In this document: positions 36,423-44,966 of the stretch, in pieces
Position numbering within the stretch: the stretch's first letter is position 1
How the letters are laid out: each line of letters starts with the position of its first letter
Origin: an uncultured Verrucomicrobiales bacterium
Lineage (GTDB): Bacteria > Verrucomicrobiota > Verrucomicrobiia > Verrucomicrobiales > Akkermansiaceae
Reading direction: 5' to 3'
DNA length: 64,000 bases
NCBI GenBank assembly: GCA_937944055.1
Contig: CALDZJ010000045.1
Coordinates: 55,659-119,658 of the forward strand
Made by a program: the position numbers and the translations under genes
The notes under the pieces: model-generated
Told to the model about the DNA's origin: nothing
Databases searched by the model: none
What the model saw: the letters and a program-made list of their open reading frames with translations, nothing else

Positions 36423-38630
36423 ATGAAATCACTCCTCACCTCGGCTCTTTCTCTTCTCCTCCTCGCCCCTCTCAGTGCCCAAAACACCGAGAATGCGCCC
36501 GCAGCGCAAGAAGCGCCAAGCACCCCAGCTCCGCAAAGCCCGCAGGAGTTAGACAAGCTCGTCCAAGCTCTCTCGCCAGATCTCGTCAAAGCCACGATTG
36601 CCGTGATGCTCGATGGCGGCTCCGGATCGGGCGTGATTGTCAGCCCAGATGGCCTCGTCATCACGGCAGCTCACGTCACCTCAGAAGCCGGTAAGGAAAT
36701 GACAGTCCTACTCTCGGATGGCCGCGAGCTCCCCGCGACGAGCCTTGGCGTGGATCACGAGACCGATGGCGCTCTCCTTCAGATCAATGCCCCAGGCCCC
36801 TTCCCATTCCGCCCCTACATGAAGACGGCAGACTATCGCATCGGCGACTGGGTCATCGCCACCGGTCACCCTGGCGGCCCCGTGCTTGGCCGCCCCTCGC
36901 CGGTCCGCCTCGGACGCATCTCAGAGGCCGGCACCAAAAGCGGATTTTCCGACGCCATCACCACCACCGCAATGGTCATTTCAGGAGACTCCGGCGGCCC
37001 TCTCTATAACCTCAAAGGAGAAGTCATCGGCATTAACAGTAACATCAACGTCTCGTGGAACGTGAATCGCCACGTCCCACTCCCCTCCATCGTAGCCCGC
37101 TGGGAAGCCCTCCTAAAAGGCGAGTCCTTTGGCCGCGCGCAGCAAAACGGCCCAGATCCTAACTCGATCTTTGATGAGCCTTACGCCGAGATGCGGGAGC
37201 GCTTCGAGGAGGCTCTTGAAAAACACGCCACCCAAGCCGCCGCGGCGGAGTTGCTGGCCCGTCCCCGCCTCCTAGATCCTCATCACATGCAGGCACTTTT
37301 GAATGAATGGGAGCCAGATCCAGAGGCCGAAAAAGCCCCCCAATACGGCTTTACTCTCGAGGCCAATACCCCCCGCATCGTCTCCATCATTCCGGGGAGC
37401 CCCGCCGCCCTCGCCGGGCTCAGCGAGGGAGACCTCATCACCTCCGTGAATGAGGAAATCATCATTCGCACGATCCCTCTCACTCTAAAGTTACGTTCTG
37501 GCGAGGAGCTGACTCTCAGCACGGACAGCGGGAAATCCGTCACCCTAAAACCAGCTCAAGTGATCGCCCGCAAGCACTTCCCACAACCCGTCGCCGGACT
37601 CGTGAACATGATGGTCAGTGATGCTCCCGAGACTGGCACGAACGCCATCTCCAACGAGGAATTCCTCTCTTCACTCCAAGGTCTGCGCGAGAGTCTCACC
37701 CGCTCAGTTCTCCCTCTTAAAAACCAGAAGGGTGAAACCATCGTAAGCGCCACCGTGATCCATGAAATCGGCCAACTCCTCACCAAAGCCTCTGAAATAA
37801 AAGACAGCGAGGGCCTAGTCGCCAGCTTTGACGGCGAAGATTACCCGGTCGAAGTCATGGCGATCGATGAACAGTTCGACATCGCCCTCATCCGGATTTC
37901 CGCCCCCGGCTTGCTGCCCGCCCCCGGCTTGCTGCCCGTCAGCTGGGAGCCACGGGAGCCGAAAGTGGGTCAACTTTTACTCACCCCCACGCCCCGCGGC
38001 TTCCTCTCAGGAGTCATCACTCAACCTTCCCGCTCTGCTCCAAAGAAGGGCTACGAGCTCAACCACCGTAGCGAACAAAGCAATACCTACCTCGGCGTTT
38101 CTTTCTCGCCTGAAGCGGTGGATCCGGTGATCGAGAAAGTGGAAATCGGCAGCCCCGCCGATAAAGTCGGCCTGCTCGAAGGGGACCAAATTCTAGAATT
38201 TGAAAAATCAAAGGTCGAAAACCTAGAGGCCCTCTCTGCGCAAATTGCGAAGCGCAGCCCTGGGGAAAAAGTCACCCTTTTAGTCAAAAGAAATGACGAG
38301 GAAATCATTCTCGAGCCCATTCTGGATCTCCGCCCGCGCACTCTGAGCGGGACCTTCGATCAAGACGCCTCACGCCGTGACGGCGCACTCTCCTCGCTCA
38401 GCGCGAATGGCGGAGAGCTCAGCCAGCGCCGCGCTGGCTTCCCACACGCTCTCTATCATGATCAAGCGATCAACCCGCGCCTTACCGGCGCTCCTCTGCT
38501 CGACCTAAAGGGCAAGGTGGTCGGCATTAACATCGCGCGCGCCCTCCGCCACCGCTCGCTCGCCATTTCCACCGAGCGGATCGACCGCATCGTCGCCCAG
38601 TTACGGCAAGCAGCCCGCGAGCGGAACTAG
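36423..38630 (+). CDS. secreted HtrA/DegP-family serine protease with two PDZ domains and a second degenerate trypsin-like module
   Basis: 735 aa with a signal peptide. The canonical triad motifs are VITAAHV, DGALLQI and GDSGGPLYNLKGEVIGIN. PDZ1 follows. The second module has LLTKASEI and LTGAPLLDLKGKVVGIN (Ser-to-Thr), with PDZ2 inserted. Confidence 0.8.
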   Translation: MKSLLTSALSLLLLAPLSAQNTENAPAAQEAPSTPAPQSPQELDKLVQALSPDLVKATIAVMLDGGSGSGVIVSPDGLVITAAHVTSEAGKEMTVLLSDGRELPATSLGVDHETDGALLQINAPGPFPFRPYMKTADYRIGDWVIATGHPGGPVLGRPSPVRLGRISEAGTKSGFSDAITTTAMVISGDSGGPLYNLKGEVIGINSNINVSWNVNRHVPLPSIVARWEALLKGESFGRAQQNGPDPNSIFDEPYAEMRERFEEALEKHATQAAAAELLARPRLLDPHHMQALLNEWEPDPEAEKAPQYGFTLEANTPRIVSIIPGSPAALAGLSEGDLITSVNEEIIIRTIPLTLKLRSGEELTLSTDSGKSVTLKPAQVIARKHFPQPVAGLVNMMVSDAPETGTNAISNEEFLSSLQGLRESLTRSVLPLKNQKGETIVSATVIHEIGQLLTKASEIKDSEGLVASFDGEDYPVEVMAIDEQFDIALIRISAPGLLPAPGLLPVSWEPREPKVGQLLLTPTPRGFLSGVITQPSRSAPKKGYELNHRSEQSNTYLGVSFSPEAVDPVIEKVEIGSPADKVGLLEGDQILEFEKSKVENLEALSAQIAKRSPGEKVTLLVKRNDEEIILEPILDLRPRTLSGTFDQDASRRDGALSSLSANGGELSQRRAGFPHALYHDQAINPRLTGAPLLDLKGKVVGINIARALRHRSLAISTERIDRIVAQLRQAARERN
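37902..37937 (+). repeat. perfect in-frame 18-bp tandem duplication inside the HtrA-like gene
   Basis: gcccccggcttgctgccc occurs twice (37902-37919 and 37920-37937) and encodes APGLLPAPGLLP. Confidence 0.95.
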
Positions 38631-38641
38631 CTGAACTAGCT
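38624..38641. repeat. perfect 9-bp tandem duplication spanning the stop codon of the HtrA-like gene
   Basis: gaactagct occurs twice (38624-38632 and 38633-38641). The TAG stop is at 38628-38630. Confidence 0.9.
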
Positions 38642-38663
38642 GAAATGAAGGGGGCAAAAAAAA

Positions 38664-38697
38664 CCGCGTCCGCTATTCTACCGCGTCCGCTATTCTA
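38664..38697. repeat. perfect 17-bp tandem duplication in a convergent intergenic region
   Basis: ccgcgtccgctattcta occurs twice (38664-38680 and 38681-38697). Confidence 0.95.
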
Positions 38698-38704
38698 AAA
38701 CCTC

Positions 38705-40084
38705 TTATTCTGAGACCGCATCCGCCGGAGTGCCCGTGGAGGGATCCGCAGCTTCAGGCTGCAATTCAGACTCCAGACCGGGGAGAGTATTGACCCAGCG
38801 ATGCAGCTCATAGCCTTCCCCCAAGCCCCCAATCTCGGTCAAAAGCCGTAAACATTCCTCCCGCCAAAAATCATAATCAGGGGCGCTCCACTTCTCCGCA
38901 GAACTGCGCGGGAAGACAAGATAAGTGACACTCACATCAGAGACAGGACGATAGTAGGAAGATGATTTTTCATTAATTTGCTTCGCCATTCGCAAGCTCG
39001 CCTCACCCACCTTAAAACTAGGGCCAGCATCTCCCACGATCGCGGGATAAATCGTCTCTCCGTAAATCACGATGACATAATCCCCCACATTCGGGCCATA
39101 CGGGCTCTCTCGGTCTCGGATCACATCCACTGGAATCACGATAAAGGGATCGTAATCCGCGATTAGAAAACTGCGCTTTTGCATGTCCTCGATCCCCGTC
39201 TCAAGGCGTGAGACCTCCCTTGCATCACCCTTTGCCTTGGCCTTCTGCAGCCTTGCTTGCCAGCCTGCAATGAGCGGATTTTCTACCGTGCCAGTCTTTG
39301 GCCAACCGTAACTGGTGAAGGGCTGATAGTAGGGAGAATTGACAATTTTCTCAGGCATCGTGGCCAGGCGATCACCATCGGACCCGTCCGAGACCACGTC
39401 CATATCGCCCTGCAACAAGAAGACCTTCCGCTTCGATTCCGGATGCTCCATCTCCAGCATCGTCTGACAATCATAGTAATTATGCTTCGTCAAAAGCCGA
39501 TCAAGACGGTGCGCATTCTTCTTCAAACGCGCTGCCTTATTATCGTAAAGATTCTTGAAAAATGGTGACACTTGCGCGCTCGCCATCATCAATTTTAAGC
39601 CGGGAAGAATCTGAGGCAGCGCAGCATTCACTTCACAGACTTCCTCAAAAGTTTGAGCCGATTTTGGGCGATTCACGGAGAGAGTATAGCTCGCCTCATA
39701 GGTCCCTTCATCCGTGCGCTCGGTCGAGGTCAAGCGGCCAGCCCTCTCTACCACTCCTGATTTAAAATCGAAGCCCTTCGAGGTTTGCGCGACATCCGAA
39801 CCGGCTTTGACATTGTAATAAGCGGGTCGGATCTTCACCACTTTTTCTACGATCTTCTCCTTCACAACGATCTTCGGCTCCGGAGCAGGGCCGGGCTTTA
39901 CAATCACCTTCGGCGGCTTCGCCAAGCCCAGCTTACGGCGGATTTTTTCCGGAGCAGGTGTTAAAATCACCAGCCCTAATAAGGCTGCCAGAGCCGCGAA
40001 ACATGCTGCAAGCCATGGAAAAGGCTCTCGCTGACGGCGCTTCACGCCTTCTAACTCAAAAGGATCCTGATTATTCTGAGACAT
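38705..40084 (-). CDS. membrane-anchored protein with C-terminal glycoside hydrolase family 75 (chitosanase)-like domain
   Basis: 459 aa with an N-terminal TM anchor (FPWLAACFAALAALLGLVIL). GDMDVVSDGSDGDR and DYVIVIYGETIYPAIVGDAGPSFKVGEASLRMA resemble the GH75 motifs DxDxDCDG and aIvGDtGP..iGEaS. This is from memory only. Confidence 0.45.
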   Translation of the reverse strand: MSQNNQDPFELEGVKRRQREPFPWLAACFAALAALLGLVILTPAPEKIRRKLGLAKPPKVIVKPGPAPEPKIVVKEKIVEKVVKIRPAYYNVKAGSDVAQTSKGFDFKSGVVERAGRLTSTERTDEGTYEASYTLSVNRPKSAQTFEEVCEVNAALPQILPGLKLMMASAQVSPFFKNLYDNKAARLKKNAHRLDRLLTKHNYYDCQTMLEMEHPESKRKVFLLQGDMDVVSDGSDGDRLATMPEKIVNSPYYQPFTSYGWPKTGTVENPLIAGWQARLQKAKAKGDAREVSRLETGIEDMQKRSFLIADYDPFIVIPVDVIRDRESPYGPNVGDYVIVIYGETIYPAIVGDAGPSFKVGEASLRMAKQINEKSSSYYRPVSDVSVTYLVFPRSSAEKWSAPDYDFWREECLRLLTEIGGLGEGYELHRWVNTLPGLESELQPEAADPSTGTPADAVSE

Positions 40085-40167
40085 AGTCTTGGGGTTGCGG
40101 TAATTTAAACACTCGGAGAAAAAGGGAAAGGGATTTTAAAATCTCGATCCCGCGCTAGACTCCGCAC

Positions 40168-41220
40168 ATGAGTCGCGAAGACATCAAACGCCTAACTGAA
40201 TTAGCCTCCTGCGGAGGGTGAGCCTCAAAACTCGGCCAAGCCGAACTCACGCAAGTCTTGCGTGGCCTCTCAAACATTTCTGATCCTAATCTTCTCATCG
40301 GCTCGGCAAGCTCGGACGATGCCGCTGTTTACCGGATTCATGATGAGCTTGCCCTCGTCCAGACCCTCGACTTCTTCACCCCCATTGTCGACGACCCCTA
40401 CCTCTTCGGCCAGATTGCAGCCGCGAATTCCCTCTCTGATGTCTACGCGATGGGCGGGCAACCCATTACCGCAATGAACATCGTAGCCATGCCCACCGAC
40501 GAGGTCTCGCTCGATGTCATCAACCAAATCCTCAAGGGCGGGGCCGATAAGGTCGCCGAGGCCAAGTGCGCCCTCGCAGGAGGCCACACCGTGCAAAACC
40601 CTGAACCTCTTTACGGGCTCTCAGTCACTGGGACGCTGAACCCGAATCAAGTCATCTCGAACGCCGAAGCCCAAGCGGGCGATCTCCTCCTCCTCACCAA
40701 GCCCCTCGGCACCGGCATTATTTCCACCGCTATTAAACGAGGAATCTGCTCCCCTGAGCTGGAAGAAAAAGCCTCGCTCCAGATGGCCTCGCTCAACACC
40801 CCCGGAGCGGCCTTGGCCTCCCGTGGCCTTACCCGCGCCGGCACTGATGTCACGGGATTTGGTCTGCTCGGCCACCTGAGTCACCTCTGCCGCGAGTCTC
40901 ATCTAAGCGCTCGCATCGACTCCTCCGCTGTTCCCAGCATCGCCCCCGAGGTCAGCGAGTTCATTCAGAAAGGCTGCGTCCCCGGAGGGAGCCGTGAAAA
41001 TCTCCGCCTCGCCAATGAGTTCACCTCTTTCCACTCCGAGGTCGCCGAAGAGATTCACGTTCTTCTCGCCGATGCCCAAACCTCAGGAGGCCTCCTCCTC
41101 GCCGTGAAGCCAGAAGACCTCGATCAAGCAAGGGCGATCCTGCTAGAAAACGGCGCTCCCATCGCCGCCGAGATTGGCATCCTCAGCAGCGCCGAGGAGA
41201 AAGCTGTCATCGTCGAATAG
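40168..41220 (+). CDS. selD: selenide, water dikinase (selenophosphate synthetase), selenocysteine-containing; UGA at 40219-40221 read as Sec
   Basis: The ORF track starts at TTG 40258, but the frame is open from ATG 40168 except for one TGA. LTELASCGG-U-ASKLGQAELTQVL aligns without gaps to E. coli SelD [23 protein letters not shown], placing Sec at Cys17 and Lys at Lys20. The rest is canonical SelD (DDAAVY, TLDFFTPIVDDPY, GGHT). Confidence 0.85.
40248..40264 (+). promoter_or_regulatory. SECIS-like hairpin 3' of the selD UGA
   Basis: A perfect 7-bp stem cacgcaa/ttgcgtg with apical loop GTC starts 26 nt after the UGA. Confidence 0.55.
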
Positions 41221-41261
41221 ATCCGCGAAATTTTGGCGCAAGCTCAAGCTCAAGCTAAAAC

Positions 41262-41654
41262 TCAGGCAAGACGGGCCCGCAACTCAGCGGGAATCTCGAT
41301 CCCCTTCATCGTCTTCAGATCAAGGCACACCGAGACCATTTCGCCAGTTCCGTGGACCTCCTCAGATCCCGCCACCCCAATTTCAAAAGCATATCGTAGC
41401 GAGCGAGTCCCCCGCTCGGCGATCTTGACCCGCACTCGCACCGTATCACCAAAGCGGATCGGTTTTTGGAAATCCGCACTCGCATGAACGCGCGGCCAGC
41501 CAAGCTCGCCTTCATCCAGACTGACCCCTCGCTCGCGCAGAAAGGCATGCTCTGCCGCCTCCATCCAACGATAGAAATTTGAAAAATGCACCATCCCTGC
41601 GGAGTCCGTTTCGTAGAACTCCACCGGCCGACTCCACACAAAGTCATTCTTCAT
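41262..41654 (-). CDS. acyl-CoA thioesterase, 4HBT/YbgC family (hot-dog fold)
   Basis: 130 aa. VEFYETDSAGMVHFSNFYRWMEAAEHAFLR is the typical YbgC/FadM N-terminal pattern with a catalytic Asp. Confidence 0.75.
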   Translation of the reverse strand: MKNDFVWSRPVEFYETDSAGMVHFSNFYRWMEAAEHAFLRERGVSLDEGELGWPRVHASADFQKPIRFGDTVRVRVKIAERGTRSLRYAFEIGVAGSEEVHGTGEMVSVCLDLKTMKGIEIPAELRARLA

Positions 41655-41829
41655 CTCAAAGCCCCCTTTCTAAATTGTTCACCCGTTATTCTGCTCATCG
41701 CCCCCTCATCATAGCGCTCTCTCATCGCAGGCCGACCATTTTTTCCCTGAAGCTCGACTCGATGTGACAGAATGGTCACACTAAAACGGCATGAAAGACC
41801 AAGCAGGCAATGTTCGATTCTCCCAAACT

Positions 41830-42510
41830 ATGGAACACATCCTAATTATTGAGGACGAGACAGACATCGCCCAACTCATCGCCTTCAATCTCGAGCGGGA
41901 AGGCTACTCGGTGGACATGGTCCATCATGGCCGCGAGGGACTTGAACGCATTCTCAAAGACCAACCCAGCCTCGTCATATTAGATCTCATGCTCCCAGGA
42001 ATGGATGGCTACCAAGTCCTAAAAGAAATGCAGCGTGACTCCCGCTCTCATGCCATCCCAGTCCTCATGCTCACCGCCAAGAGCCAGGTTGATGACCGCA
42101 TTAAAGGGCTAGAATCAGGCGCAGATGACTACCTCACCAAGCCCTTCAGCCCGAAGGAAATGATCCTCCGGGTGCAGGCCATTATTAAAAGAAATCGCTC
42201 CACTCCCGGCTCCGTCATTTTCTCCTTTGGACCCTTCCGCTTTGATAAAAACAATCTTGCCTTCTACCTGAATGAAGAGGCCATTCCTCTCACCTCCACT
42301 GAGTTTAAACTACTCCTATTCCTCTGCCAGCGCGCTGGGCAAGCACAAGACCGCAATGACCTCCTCAAAGTCATTTGGGGATACAATGACATCGTCCACA
42401 GCCGGACCCTTGACACCCACATGAAGCGGCTCCGCCAAAAACTCGGTGACTCCAGCTCGCTCATTGAAACAGTCCGCGGAGTGGGTTATCAAATCCGCGA
42501 AATCGAATGA
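41830..42510 (+). CDS. OmpR/PhoB-family response regulator
   Basis: It has the receiver MEHILIIEDE...LVILDLMLPGMDG...LTAK and the winged-helix TLDTHMKRLRQKL...VRGVGY. The ORF track starts at 41791 and ATG 41830 is the more likely start. Confidence 0.9.
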   Translation: MEHILIIEDETDIAQLIAFNLEREGYSVDMVHHGREGLERILKDQPSLVILDLMLPGMDGYQVLKEMQRDSRSHAIPVLMLTAKSQVDDRIKGLESGADDYLTKPFSPKEMILRVQAIIKRNRSTPGSVIFSFGPFRFDKNNLAFYLNEEAIPLTSTEFKLLLFLCQRAGQAQDRNDLLKVIWGYNDIVHSRTLDTHMKRLRQKLGDSSSLIETVRGVGYQIREIE

Positions 42511-43730
42511 TTTTCCTCATTTCCGCCTGCGCCCTTTTTTTGCTCATCGCCCTGATCCGCACGCGCAGCCGCTTGGCCACCTCCGAAAGCCAAAACCTCA
42601 GACTCCAGCAAGACTCAGAAGCGCTAATCACCCGCTTCGAAGAGGGTCACCAACGCGAAATTAAGCGCCTTCTCGACGCCCTGCCCTACGCCTTTTTCTC
42701 GATCAACGCACAAGGGAAAATCATCCGCCTCAATCAAAACGCTCACGAGATCTTCGGCGAGCGAAACATTTTAAACCGTAGCATTCGCCAAGTGTTTTTC
42801 GATGCTCCCATCGTGGAAGAAATCGAAAAAGTTCTCAACTCTCCCGGCAAACGCATCCAGCAACTCAGCTTCCCGGCCGATTCCGCCTTCTCAAAGAAAT
42901 CTAACAAGAAAGAATCGCACTGGGAGCTCGCGCTTCACCCCGTTTCTATCGAGCGTGATTCGATCGAGGTTCAAGTCATGATGCGTGACATTAGCGCGAA
43001 CATAGAGACTGACCAAATCAGGCAAGACTTCGTTGCCAATGCCTCGCACGAACTCCGCACTCCCCTTGCGATCATCTCAGGCTACCTTGAAAACCTCACC
43101 GAAGAAGACGGGCTAAGCAATGAAGCGATCGCCAAAAAAATGCTCACCGTCATGGAGCGCCATGTCGTGCGGATTAATCACATCGTGGAGGAAATGCTCC
43201 TCATCTCCAAGCTCGAGTCCGCCAAAGCCGCCCCTCTAAAAATCTCCACCTTTTCCCTCGCTGATTGCCTGAATGATATCATTGAGCGGCTCGAACTCGT
43301 CATCGAAAAACAAAAGGCGCAAGTCCTGAACCGAGCCCCCGCCCTGCAAATGAGTGGGGACCTTTTTTATTGGACCCAGATCCTCTTCAACCTCATCGAG
43401 AACGCCCTCAAGCAAAATACCCAAAGCCCCGTCACCATTCTCATCACCGCAGATCAAAAAGAATCTGGCATGATCGAAATCAAAGTCAGTGACAATGGCA
43501 TCGGCATCCCCAGCTCAGATCTCCCCTTCATCTTCAAACGCTTCTTCCGGGTCGAAAAACATCACTCCCGAAATCAGGTCAAAGGGACCGGCCTCGGCCT
43601 CTCGATTGTGAAGAGAGCCGTCGAGGCGCACGGAGGACAGATCAGCGCCCGATCGACCCCAGGCCTCGAAACGACCTTCGTGATCAAAGCACCTCAGCCA
43701 CCAATTTGTGACTCCCCGCTCTCGCCTTAA
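42507..43730 (+). CDS. PAS-domain sensor histidine kinase (PhoR-like)
   Basis: 407 aa with one N-terminal TM helix, a PAS domain, the H-box FVANASHELRTPL and HATPase boxes (NALKQN, DNGIGI, GTGLGLSIV). The ATGA overlap couples it to the regulator. Confidence 0.88.
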   Translation: MIFLISACALFLLIALIRTRSRLATSESQNLRLQQDSEALITRFEEGHQREIKRLLDALPYAFFSINAQGKIIRLNQNAHEIFGERNILNRSIRQVFFDAPIVEEIEKVLNSPGKRIQQLSFPADSAFSKKSNKKESHWELALHPVSIERDSIEVQVMMRDISANIETDQIRQDFVANASHELRTPLAIISGYLENLTEEDGLSNEAIAKKMLTVMERHVVRINHIVEEMLLISKLESAKAAPLKISTFSLADCLNDIIERLELVIEKQKAQVLNRAPALQMSGDLFYWTQILFNLIENALKQNTQSPVTILITADQKESGMIEIKVSDNGIGIPSSDLPFIFKRFFRVEKHHSRNQVKGTGLGLSIVKRAVEAHGGQISARSTPGLETTFVIKAPQPPICDSPLSP

Positions 43731-43734
43731 TTTT

Positions 43735-44901
43735 TCATCCCAGCTCGGTCAGAGCCAAGGCCCGCTCTTTCAGCTCCTCCGCGCAGGCTTCCCAAATCAT
43801 CTCGTCGATTTCATGCACATCGACCCCCTGCCCCGCCTCTTTTAAAAGAAGCACCGTCAGCTCGCCTCCCAAATGCTCACGGAACTCCTCCAAGCCATGA
43901 AAGACGCGCCGCCGCCCCTCCTCATCCCGCAGCTCCAAGGCTTCATGCCAAACCGGTAAGGCAAGCTGCTCAATCACACACAAAACCCGCTCCGCCTCCC
44001 GCTCATCAAGCAAACCCACCCTCGCTGCGTAAAGCGTATCCAGCGCGACCCCCACAGAAACAGCCTCCCCATGGCTGAGTTTAAAATCACTAAGTTGCTC
44101 TAACTTATGCGCTGCCCAGTGCCCATAGTCGAGCGGCCGGCTGCTCCCCAGCTCGAAGGGATCTCCCCCTTGCGCAATATGCCGCGCATGCAGCAAGGCT
44201 GAGCGCTGCACCGCCTCTTCTAAGGCTCCCTCATCCAGCTCTCGTAACTTCCCCACATTCGCCTCCATCCAAGTGAAAAATTCACCATCACGGACTAAGG
44301 CCACTTTGACCGCCTCGATCAGGCCTGCTCGCCGCGTCCCCTCCGGCTGAGTGTGTAAGAAGCAAAAATCATTCACCACCGCAAACGGCACCGCAAACGC
44401 CCCGATAAAGTTCTTCTTACCGAAGGCATTCAGCCCATTTTTCACCCCCACTCCACTATCGTCCTGCGATAAGGTAGTCGTCGGAAAGCGCAGTAATCTC
44501 ACCCCTCGGTGCCCCGTCGCCGCCGCATAGCCGACCACATCTAAAAAAGCCCCACCGCCAATCACCATGACATATGAATGGCGATCGATCCCCTTCTGCT
44601 CGATCTGCGCCATGGCCGCTTGATAAACTGCATCACCCCGCTTCGCCTCCTCACCACCAGGTAGCCACTCCACTCCCGCCAAGCTCAAGCCCCGCAAATC
44701 TGAAAAATAACTCTGAATCTCAGCCTCCAATTTTGGGAAAAAAACCCGCAGTCCCTCCTCCACGAAAACCAGCACCTTACTCCGCCCTCTCGTCTCCAGA
44801 AGCTCTGCCACCAAGGAGTTCTCGGCACGGAAGGCCCCCCGCGTAAAGCGGATCTGGTGACGGAAATTCACCGTGATATTAAAGTCCTCTCCGCTCATCA
44901 T
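43735..44901 (-). CDS. 3-dehydroquinate synthase family protein (sugar-phosphate cyclase superfamily; may or may not be bona fide AroB)
   Basis: 388 aa. It has the nucleotide-binding GGGAFLDVVGYAAA, RFPTTTLSQDDSGVGVKNGLN (canonical AroB has VDSSVGGKTGVN) and the metal ligands DYGHWAAHKLE and SHGEAVSVG. Confidence 0.6.
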   Translation of the reverse strand: MMSGEDFNITVNFRHQIRFTRGAFRAENSLVAELLETRGRSKVLVFVEEGLRVFFPKLEAEIQSYFSDLRGLSLAGVEWLPGGEEAKRGDAVYQAAMAQIEQKGIDRHSYVMVIGGGAFLDVVGYAAATGHRGVRLLRFPTTTLSQDDSGVGVKNGLNAFGKKNFIGAFAVPFAVVNDFCFLHTQPEGTRRAGLIEAVKVALVRDGEFFTWMEANVGKLRELDEGALEEAVQRSALLHARHIAQGGDPFELGSSRPLDYGHWAAHKLEQLSDFKLSHGEAVSVGVALDTLYAARVGLLDEREAERVLCVIEQLALPVWHEALELRDEEGRRRVFHGLEEFREHLGGELTVLLLKEAGQGVDVHEIDEMIWEACAEELKERALALTELG

Positions 44902-44966
44902 CTTCGTGCCTATCTAACTCCTCATACGCGACTTGGCCACCGATTCTTTAAATGTATCTTTAAAAC

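Noticed and set aside
40258-40260. TTG at 40258 as the selD start (ORF-track call).
   Set aside because: It would delete the glycine-rich catalytic loop, which is encoded in frame upstream across a single TGA. See the selD finding.
41239-41256. Hexamer repeat (caagct)x3 between selD and the thioesterase gene.
   Set aside because: It has only three units and is intergenic between convergent genes, with no associated structure. Noted only as another small tandem repeat.
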